26,303 bases of DNA from a virus. Its lineage: Duplodnaviria; Caudoviricetes. The stretch spans positions 1 to 26,303 of the IMG/VR virus record IMGVR_UViG_3300033412_000058. The stretch is one strand, 5' to 3'. The notes under the pieces were generated by a model. That model made no database searches and had not been told where the DNA came from. It was given only the letters and a program-made list of their open reading frames with translations. A program made the position numbers and the translations under genes. Shown piece by piece: positions 6,472-13,840 of the stretch (position 1 is its first letter; each line of letters starts with the position of its first letter).

Positions 6472-9400
6472 TGCCAGAGGCGAAGTACGTACTGATCGAC
6501 ATCCAGGAGGGCGACGACGAGGACGCCGCGATCGAGCGGCTGCTCGACGAGCTGGTCGGTCCAGAGCCGGCGCCAGACATCCGCGAGAATGCCGAGTGGG
6601 ACGAGTCGAAGCACCCGAGGAAGCCCAAGGGCGGGGAGTCGGGCGGCGAGTTCGCTCCGAGCGGCGACTCCGGCGCGGGCAAGCCGAAGACCAAGGCGGA
6701 GCTGCGCAGGGCGAAGCGCGAAGAGGACAAGTTCTGGAACTCCCACTACGTTCACTCCGACATACAAGGCATAGAGAAGGGGACGAGCGAGGAGAACCTG
6801 AAGTCGATCTTGAAGAACGGCTTCAGGGGCGGCCCGCACGTGAACCTGCTACCGGCGTTCGGCTTTCGCGGTCCGCGCGACAGGGCCGACATCATGAGCT
6901 TCAACTACTGGCCCAAGAAGGGGTCGATAGTCTACCTCGTGCCGGAGTCCGACATCGTCGTCGTGCACGGCACCGCCAGGGTCAAGACAGGCTGGAAGCC
7001 CGGACCCAATCAGGTGTTCCGCATAGACGACCCGGACAAGTCGCTGTATGACTACTACCGCGAGGCCTCCGGCAAGAAGTATGAGTGGCAGGAAGAGGCG
7101 CACCCGCGTCATCCTTCCGGCAGCGACAGAGGCGGAGAGTTCGCTCCCAAAGGGAGTGACAGTGCGGCTAACGGCAAAGACTCCGAGAAGAAGACATCAG
7201 GCACGGTCGAGGGCATCGTCGACCCGTCAGAGCTGATCGTCACGAGCGGCTCCGACGCAGGACCGGGCTTCTCCCCTGAACAGGTCAGGGAACGCGACCG
7301 CGTCATCAACTCGATAGACGCGGTCGCCCGGAACTGGCTCCACAACAAGACGGGCGGCGACAGGGAGCCCACGCGCGGCGAGCTGGCGGAGATGATGAAG
7401 TTCGTGGGCACGAAGTACGGCGACCAAGTGGACAAGATCATCGCCGACTTCTCCGACTACACGAAGTACCCGGACCGGCCGGCGATCCACCTCGTCGTCG
7501 GCGAGAAGAACGTCCCCGACGTGTGGCTGCTCGGTTGGCGCGAGGAGCAGAAGGGCCTTGAGGCCACCCCGATCCACGACCACGGCGCGAGCGAGGCCGG
7601 CATCTACGTGCACAAGGGCTCGGTCAACGAGCGCATCTTCGCGATCGACAAGAAGGACTTCGGCAAGGACACGCTCGCCTTCCACGAGGTCGACCGTGGG
7701 CTGAACGAGGGGTCGGGCATCACGATCAACGCGCCCTACCTGCACGACATCGGCGCCTCCCACGGCGAGAAGCTCTCGGTCACGGTCCACGCCTACTACC
7801 CGCCGCTGAACGACATGGGCTTCTACGAGGTGAAGGGCAAGAAGCTCGTGAAGTCGGGCTCCTGGAAGGAAGACCCGAACGTCATGAAGGCCAAGGGCTT
7901 CCGCGACCACACTTTCCCCTGCTACCACTACCACAGGCGCAAGTACCACGAGGAGACCCCGTGGGGCGTGCACGCCTACGAGTGGGTCGGCTCAAAAAAA
8001 AAGTCCGTAAAAAAGTTTGAGTGGAACGAAGAGGACCACCCTCGTCAGCCCGGAGGGTCTGAGAAGGGCGGCGAGTTTGCGCCGAAGGGCGGCGGGCTCG
8101 CTGAGCAGAGGACGGCCGCGATCGCGGATGTCTCCAAGCTCGCCGACACGATCATCAACAAGGAAGTCGAGGTCGATGTGCTCGAGGAGGACAAGTTCCA
8201 CGTTCCTGAGAGCTGGGATGATGTGTCAGAGAGTGATCAGGACGCCGTGAAAGAGCAGTGGATCGACGACAACAAGCAGGAATACTACGAGTCCGCGGTC
8301 GAGAATTGGTGGGAGACCGAGGCGATCGAGAGCGCACGCAGCTACGCCGTGTGGCAGGAGAAGGACTGGGCCAAGGAGAAACTGTCGGAGCTGCTCGAAG
8401 AGCACGGCGTCGACCTGGAGAAGAGCGGGCTGCTGGACGAGAAGGGCGAGCTCAAGGAGGAGGTACTAGGCGAGCTGTGGGACAAGGACGCGGACAACGA
8501 GTACGCGTTTCGGTACAACGGCCAGAGCGGCAAGTGGAACGACGACAAGGGCCTCTCCTACGACAGCCGGAAGTACGAGCTAGTCGACAACTCGGGGCTC
8601 GTCAGCCCGGAAGCGCTCGGCGAGATGGTCGACTCCGAGGGCAACAACCTGTTCGTCGGGTCCGAGGCGTTCCCTGGCCAGCTCGGCCTGGCAGGCGTGC
8701 CCAAGATGCCGTCGTCGTCCGAAACTGCCAGCGACCTGCTTAACGACTTCGAGAGGGCCGTGCTTGAGAAGACCGACGACCCGCAGAGCTTCATGGAGGC
8801 GCCCGACGCGGAGTACTTCCAGGACAGCATCAACGACTACATCGGCGAATCGTTCGATGAGAAAGACGACAGCGAGAAGTTCGAGCTGGCCAAAGATAAG
8901 TACGGCAGCGACTGGGACGACAACGAGCGCGGCGAGACCGTCACGGCCACGCTCACGCCTCCGTCCGAGTGGAAGCTCCTGAGCGACGGGCGCGACTACG
9001 AGCGCACCAAGGCGATCGGCAACGAGCTGAGCAAGGAGCGGTTCCTGCAAGTGCTCGCAGATCGCGGGATCAAGAGCAATTCAGACCGCGCGGCGCAAGC
9101 AATCAAAGATGTCTGGTCGAGCTGGACTGGCGACTCAGGTGGGCGGCTCGCCTACGCGATGCAGGCGGCGGCAGCCGACGAGCTGGGTGGGAACTTCTAC
9201 AAGAGCCGCGACAAAGACAAGGCGGATGCGGTCAATGACGCGAACGAACTCTTTCCGGGCGGATACGACGGTCTCAAAGCCTACGTGCGCGCGCAGTGGG
9301 AAGTGAACCAGTACCTGTTCGACAAAGCCAAGGTCGACCACCTCGACCTGTACCGGGCGGTCATGGTGCCGACGAAGAACCTGGAGGGCCACACGCAGAA

Positions 9401-9791
9401 GATCGTCATGGACTCGACTTACGGCGGCATGCCGTACTACACAGCCGTGCCCACGATGTTCATCCATCAGAACGGCGCCGCGTCGTTCACCGCCAAGGAA
9501 AGCGTCGCCAACAACTGGAACGGCGTCGGCTACCGACCCGACGAGCCTTCGGAGCGCGTGGTGATCCGCGCGCGCGTGCCCTCGACGGCGGTCCTCTCTC
9601 TGCCGGTGTTTGGCAAGAACCTGGCGAGCGAGGAGGAGGTCGTCGTCACTGGGCTCCCGTGGAAGTCCTGGGACGCGTGGCGAGGCCGCGCGCCGAGCAA
9701 CGAGGAGTTCAACATGCTCCACCCGCGCGGTCCAGACGGAAGATTCGTTGACAAGCCGGGCGGCTCCGACGCAGAGAAGAGGGCGGCATGA
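6468..9791 (+). CDS. 1107-aa polyvalent effector protein: ART-like domain, cysteine-dioxygenase-like cupin, acidic helical region and R-S-E ADP-ribosyltransferase, separated by HPR tags
   Basis: H...GTSEENLKSILKNGF; WLLGW...TPIHDHG...YLH...VHAYYPPL; LYRAV...SFT...EEEVVV. GTGA and ATGA coupling at the two ends. Confidence 0.85.
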   Translation: MMPEAKYVLIDIQEGDDEDAAIERLLDELVGPEPAPDIRENAEWDESKHPRKPKGGESGGEFAPSGDSGAGKPKTKAELRRAKREEDKFWNSHYVHSDIQGIEKGTSEENLKSILKNGFRGGPHVNLLPAFGFRGPRDRADIMSFNYWPKKGSIVYLVPESDIVVVHGTARVKTGWKPGPNQVFRIDDPDKSLYDYYREASGKKYEWQEEAHPRHPSGSDRGGEFAPKGSDSAANGKDSEKKTSGTVEGIVDPSELIVTSGSDAGPGFSPEQVRERDRVINSIDAVARNWLHNKTGGDREPTRGELAEMMKFVGTKYGDQVDKIIADFSDYTKYPDRPAIHLVVGEKNVPDVWLLGWREEQKGLEATPIHDHGASEAGIYVHKGSVNERIFAIDKKDFGKDTLAFHEVDRGLNEGSGITINAPYLHDIGASHGEKLSVTVHAYYPPLNDMGFYEVKGKKLVKSGSWKEDPNVMKAKGFRDHTFPCYHYHRRKYHEETPWGVHAYEWVGSKKKSVKKFEWNEEDHPRQPGGSEKGGEFAPKGGGLAEQRTAAIADVSKLADTIINKEVEVDVLEEDKFHVPESWDDVSESDQDAVKEQWIDDNKQEYYESAVENWWETEAIESARSYAVWQEKDWAKEKLSELLEEHGVDLEKSGLLDEKGELKEEVLGELWDKDADNEYAFRYNGQSGKWNDDKGLSYDSRKYELVDNSGLVSPEALGEMVDSEGNNLFVGSEAFPGQLGLAGVPKMPSSSETASDLLNDFERAVLEKTDDPQSFMEAPDAEYFQDSINDYIGESFDEKDDSEKFELAKDKYGSDWDDNERGETVTATLTPPSEWKLLSDGRDYERTKAIGNELSKERFLQVLADRGIKSNSDRAAQAIKDVWSSWTGDSGGRLAYAMQAAAADELGGNFYKSRDKDKADAVNDANELFPGGYDGLKAYVRAQWEVNQYLFDKAKVDHLDLYRAVMVPTKNLEGHTQKIVMDSTYGGMPYYTAVPTMFIHQNGAASFTAKESVANNWNGVGYRPDEPSERVVIRARVPSTAVLSLPVFGKNLASEEEVVVTGLPWKSWDAWRGRAPSNEEFNMLHPRGPDGRFVDKPGGSDAEKRAA

Positions 9792-12310
9792 AGAAAAAAG
9801 AGGCGAGCGGACAGTTCGGCGGAAGGGTGCCCGATGGCGCGTTCGTGATCCCGCCGCTCGACCTGCCGCTGGAGCGTCCGCACTGGCTCTCGGGCGGCGC
9901 CGGCCAGAAGGCGCAGATCAAGGCGCTCATCAAGCGCAAGCGAGCTGAGAAGAAACTCTGGGAGGAGTCGCAGCATCCGCGCCACCCTGCGGGGTCGGAC
10001 ACCGGAGGCGAGTTCGCGCCGGCAGGCGGGGGCGCCGAGTCGGCCACAAAGGAGAAGGCCAAGAAGAAGGCCGTTATCAAGGGCGACGTGTCCGAGGCGG
10101 CCGACGCGCTGGGCGTGGTGCCCGACGACATCGCGGAGGGCTTCGGCCTCGACAGCGACGAGTTCCACACCGAGATCACAGCCAGCGAGACGAGGGGCGA
10201 GGGCTCCGACCCGGACGAGAGCTCGATCCGCGCCTCCTTGGCCGAGAGCTTCAACGAGACTTTCGACCGCCAAGAGGAGTTGGACCGCTTCATCGAGAAG
10301 GAGCGCGAGAGCTACGACGACACCGACGCACGCGAGTACGTCGAGGGGCCTCTCCGCAAGGACATCGCCAAGAATAAGGAGCTACGAGACAGCGTGCTGA
10401 AGGAGGCCGAGCTGGACGACTCGGCGAGCGACGCGGACAAGCAGAAGGCGATCGACGAGTACGTGCAGCGAGAGACCGAGGACCAGCTCAACGAGTACAT
10501 CGACGAAGAGATCAACCGGATCGTGGATGACGACTTCGAGAGCCACGTCGACAGGATGCGCGACCAGTACATCGAGGACAACTACAACGACGAGGTCGAC
10601 GCCTGGCGCGAGGCGAACCCGAGCAGCGTGGACCAGATCACGATCGAGGGCGACGTGAGGACCGCCGACAACCACAGGGTCGCCTCGTTCACACGCGAGA
10701 TTCACCCCGAGGACGGCTACGCCTACCACGCGAGCTTCTTCATCGACAAGGAGTACCAGAACAAGAAGATCGCCCGCGACCTGCTCGACCGGAGCGTCCA
10801 CATGTACGACAAGATCGGGCTGAATGAGGTCAAAGTCTTCGCGAACGGCGACGTCGGGAAGTACGCCTGGGCGATGTACGGCTTCGACTTCGACGACCAG
10901 TACGCGCTGGAGAACTTCCGCTCGGCCCTGCTCGCCCGCGTCGCCGAGACGGACGCGTACAAGAAGATGACGAAGGAGCAGCAGGTTCAGGAGCTCGCGA
11001 AGGTCAGGGCGGTCAAGCACTCGTGGGACGTGGCCGCGTACCGGGTCGGCGGCGAGAAGGTCGGCAAGGACCTCATGCTGCACGGCACGTCGTGGAACGG
11101 GACGCTGAAACTCAAGGGCGAGGGCCGAAAGATATTCGACGCGTACACCGCAGCCTCCAAGCGCCCGCCCGAGGACAAGAGCCAGCTCAAGCTCCCGTTC
11201 GCGCAGAACGACGGCATGGCCGACCAGGACAGCGAGGCGTTCCACTACGACATCCTCGGCATCGAGGACGAGATGCACGCGATCATCAACCGCCGCGACC
11301 ACGCGCACGCCTACGAGTGGAACGAGTCGGAGCACCCCCGCGACACTGAGATGGACGACGCCGAGGGGAAGAAGCTCCTCGACGAGGCCATCAGGGAGCT
11401 GGACGGCGAGCACGACCACGCGCACCACTACCGCGCCAAGACGGGCCCGGAGCGCCGGGTCGACTTCGCGCAGGCGAAGCAGGCGCTCGACGCGAGCGAG
11501 TCGAACGTCAAGGAGCGGCTCACGGGGCAGCTGAAGGGCGTGCAGGACCAGCTCCTCGCCTGGGTGCGCGTCACGCCGCTCAACTCCGACGTCGTGCGGC
11601 AGCTCGCCGTGGCGACCCCGGCCGACACGCAGCGCACGCTCCAGGACATGTTCGAGGGCGCCTGGGGCGAGGGCAAGGACGCCGGCATCTCCGAGGTGCC
11701 GCGCGCGGTGCGCGCGCAGCCGCGCGTGCAGGACGTGCGGACCTTCGCGCTCCTCAAGTACGACGCGGGCTTCGAGCCCGAGGAGGCGATGACCGCCTTC
11801 GAGAACAGGGCGTGGATGATCAAGGACGTGATCGACGCGAACATCCAGGCGCAGGTGCGCCTTGAGCTGTTCGAGCACCTGAAGGGCGGACGCACGCTGG
11901 GCGACACAATCGACCGGCTCCGCGAGGTGTTCGAGCCGTGGGTCGGCGACCCCGAGAAGGTCGGGTCCGACGACCTGCTGCGCGCGCCGCGCCTTGAGAA
12001 CATCGTGAGGACCGAGAGCACCTGGGCCTACAACCAGGGCCGGCTCGCGGTGGGCGACGCGGCCGAGGACTACGTGATCGGCTACCAGTTCAGCGCGATC
12101 ATCGACGAGCGCACGACCGAGACCTGCCAGACGGCGGACGGTCTCGTGCTGCGCAAGGACGACTCGCGCACGATCCGGCTCACGCCTCCGCTCCACTTCC
12201 AGTGCCGCTCCGTGCTAGTCTTCGTCACGCAGGACGACCAGCCCGTCGAGTGGTCGGACGACCGCGAGATCGACAAGGCGCTGGCGCTCGTGCCGAAGGG
12301 GTTCAAGTGA
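9788..12310 (+). CDS. MuF/SPP1 gp7-like head morphogenesis protein with an N-terminal extension (HPR tag, acidic region, GNAT acetyltransferase)
   Basis: C-terminal MuF motifs RLENIVRTESTWAYNQGR, YQFSAIIDERTTETC and PPLHFQCRS; GNAT-like FFIDKEYQNKKIARDL...GKYAWAMYGFDF. Confidence 0.9.
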   Translation: MKKKEASGQFGGRVPDGAFVIPPLDLPLERPHWLSGGAGQKAQIKALIKRKRAEKKLWEESQHPRHPAGSDTGGEFAPAGGGAESATKEKAKKKAVIKGDVSEAADALGVVPDDIAEGFGLDSDEFHTEITASETRGEGSDPDESSIRASLAESFNETFDRQEELDRFIEKERESYDDTDAREYVEGPLRKDIAKNKELRDSVLKEAELDDSASDADKQKAIDEYVQRETEDQLNEYIDEEINRIVDDDFESHVDRMRDQYIEDNYNDEVDAWREANPSSVDQITIEGDVRTADNHRVASFTREIHPEDGYAYHASFFIDKEYQNKKIARDLLDRSVHMYDKIGLNEVKVFANGDVGKYAWAMYGFDFDDQYALENFRSALLARVAETDAYKKMTKEQQVQELAKVRAVKHSWDVAAYRVGGEKVGKDLMLHGTSWNGTLKLKGEGRKIFDAYTAASKRPPEDKSQLKLPFAQNDGMADQDSEAFHYDILGIEDEMHAIINRRDHAHAYEWNESEHPRDTEMDDAEGKKLLDEAIRELDGEHDHAHHYRAKTGPERRVDFAQAKQALDASESNVKERLTGQLKGVQDQLLAWVRVTPLNSDVVRQLAVATPADTQRTLQDMFEGAWGEGKDAGISEVPRAVRAQPRVQDVRTFALLKYDAGFEPEEAMTAFENRAWMIKDVIDANIQAQVRLELFEHLKGGRTLGDTIDRLREVFEPWVGDPEKVGSDDLLRAPRLENIVRTESTWAYNQGRLAVGDAAEDYVIGYQFSAIIDERTTETCQTADGLVLRKDDSRTIRLTPPLHFQCRSVLVFVTQDDQPVEWSDDREIDKALALVPKGFK

Positions 12311-12567
12311 GCCTGGAGGATGCGATCAAGGTCTCCCCGGGCGAGACCGTCGAGGAGCAGACTATGCAGGTAGGCGTCGCGATCGGCGGAGAGAACGTGC
12401 GCGGTATGCGGGCGACGGCCAACTGCCCGTTCCACGAGGACGCGGACCAGCACTCGCTGGTAGTGGACATCAGGGGAGGCGCGTTTCACTGCACCGGGTG
12501 CGGCGCCCAGGGAAACGTGGTCACGACTGTGGCAATGATCGAGAGGACAGACGAGGAGGAGAGTTGA
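12307..12567 (+). CDS. standalone CHC2 (primase-type) zinc-finger protein
   Basis: GTGA overlap with the MuF stop; CPFHED...SLVV...FHCTGCGAQGNV. Confidence 0.8.
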   Translation: MSLEDAIKVSPGETVEEQTMQVGVAIGGENVRGMRATANCPFHEDADQHSLVVDIRGGAFHCTGCGAQGNVVTTVAMIERTDEEES

Positions 12568-13190
12568 TTCCAACACTAGCACAGGACCTGAAGGTCATCA
12601 TGGGCAGGCTCGGCAGCTGGCCGGGCGACTTCGGACCCGAGGCGGCGATGAACCTCGCCGCAGTGGCGAGCCAGAACCTGACGCCAGGCGCACTCGCGGT
12701 CGACGCGAGCCCCGGCTGCGGGCGCAGTCTGGTGCTGCTGGCAGCGGCGGCCTACCGCGCGGGCGCGAAGGTCGGGGTGGTGCGCGACAACATGTCGCCG
12801 CCCGAGCAGCTCTGGTTCAACAGGGCGTTCCGGCTCTTCAAGCTCAGCGAGGCGGTGCGCAACGACGACACGATCGCGCCTGCGGACCTGGTGGTCGTGA
12901 GGAACGACCCGGAGCTCGCGCGCGCGGTGTTCGCCTCGCTGCTGAAGCCCGAGGGCATCCTCGTCGGGCTAAACATCCAGCAGCTGGAGAACCTGACGCC
13001 GGAGCAGTCGGGCAACGGCTGGGCCGTGTGGCGCAGGCCGAAGACGCCCGAGCTGAGGGTCGTGAAGCCGGAACACGCTACGATGGACGCGGCGACCAAA
13101 GACAAGCAGCTCGACATGCGGTCGTTCCTGCCGCCAGACGACCCCGAGTACGACGCGGAGGGGCTCGATGGAGTACGGGCAGACGGCTAA
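12564..13190 (+). CDS. degenerate class I SAM-methyltransferase-like protein
   Basis: TTG start overlapping the previous TGA, with an AGGAGG RBS; AVDASPGCGRSLVLLA resembles the motif I region of Methyltransf_24-like proteins; LLKPEGILV near the end. Confidence 0.5.
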   Translation: MIPTLAQDLKVIMGRLGSWPGDFGPEAAMNLAAVASQNLTPGALAVDASPGCGRSLVLLAAAAYRAGAKVGVVRDNMSPPEQLWFNRAFRLFKLSEAVRNDDTIAPADLVVVRNDPELARAVFASLLKPEGILVGLNIQQLENLTPEQSGNGWAVWRRPKTPELRVVKPEHATMDAATKDKQLDMRSFLPPDDPEYDAEGLDGVRADG

Positions 13191-13416
13191 CGGGACTTTC
13201 ACGTCGACGGGGTGCTACCCGCTCCCGCCGATGGACCTCGCCGCCGCGTGGGGCGACCCGCGCGTGGGCGACGCGCTGAGGCGCATCGAGGGCACGGTCG
13301 CGGAGATGGCTGGCACCGACGTGCAGCTCTCGACCAACATGCGGCCACGGAGCGAGAAGGGCTACATCCTGTTCCAGGTGACGGCGACCTTCCGCTTCCC
13401 GATCGGGAGGCTGTGA
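13168..13416 (+). CDS. hypothetical protein
   Basis: GGAGGGG upstream; overlaps both neighbours; high GC3. Confidence 0.6.
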   Translation: MEYGQTANGTFTSTGCYPLPPMDLAAAWGDPRVGDALRRIEGTVAEMAGTDVQLSTNMRPRSEKGYILFQVTATFRFPIGRL

Positions 13417-13775
13417 TGGCTGTCGAGCGGATGATGCCCTACACGGCGAGGACGATGCAGGTGCCCGAGGGCGCACCGCAGCACGAGCGCCACGACGGCG
13501 TCGTCGACATGCCGGAGTACCGCCTGCTGGAGGCGCTGCTCTCCGAGGCGGTGAACACCTACGTCTACGGCGACGAGAACAAGCGGCACTGGGTCGAGGC
13601 CCGGCGCTGGCTCACGCGGCCCGAGCAGCCGAACTCAAGCCTGTACCACGACGGGATCACCCTCCAGTTCGTGTGCTCGCACCTCGGGCTCGACGCGTCC
13701 TACATCAGGAAAAGGGCCTTCGAGGAGAGAATCAGGAACAAATCTGTTGACACTCCACTGGAGGTTGCTGTATAA
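13416..13775 (+). CDS. conserved-looking small helical phage protein, possibly a regulator
   Basis: TGATG coupling at 13414-13418 with a GGGAGG RBS; pattern PEYRLLEALLSEAV...EARRWL...FVCSHLGLDASYIR. Confidence 0.7.
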   Translation: MAVERMMPYTARTMQVPEGAPQHERHDGVVDMPEYRLLEALLSEAVNTYVYGDENKRHWVEARRWLTRPEQPNSSLYHDGITLQFVCSHLGLDASYIRKRAFEERIRNKSVDTPLEVAV

Positions 13776-13776
13776 G
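13747..13776 (+). promoter_or_regulatory. putative late promoter for the protease-capsid operon with an internal palindrome
   Basis: TTGACA at 13747-13752, 18-nt spacer containing CTCCA-C-TGGAG (13753-13763), TATAAG at 13771-13776, in a locally AT-rich stretch. Confidence 0.5.
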
Positions 13777-13840
13777 CTCCTCCTAGATACTATTTCAGGG
13801 CTTGTGACATCGTCGCCCTTGCCAGGACCCACGTCAGCGA

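Larger units (their letters stand above)
4823..11344 (+). repeat. dispersed peptide-coding repeat WxExxHPRxPxGxxxGGEFAPxG
   Basis: Full copies at 4823-4891, 6597-6665, 7086-7154, 8022-8090 and 9959-10027; short variant FNMLHPRGPDGRFVDKPG at 9708-9761; truncated WNESEHPRD at 11318-11344. Confidence 0.95.

Noticed and set aside
6455-9791. Shared C-termini KKAA* and KRAA* as ClpX degrons
   Set aside because: They are equally explained by the RBS plus GTGA/ATGA overlap needed for translational coupling, and the two explanations cannot be distinguished from sequence alone.
4823-10027. HPR repeats as a CRISPR array or DGR template/variable repeat
   Set aside because: Spacing is kilobases and irregular, differences are synonymous and not adenine-specific, and there is no cas or reverse transcriptase gene in the window.
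2822-12310. Inteins as the explanation for the oversized portal and MuF
   Set aside because: No C/S-start...HN-C/S/T splice junction pattern or LAGLIDADG motifs were seen, and the extra sequence is terminal rather than inserted in the core domains.
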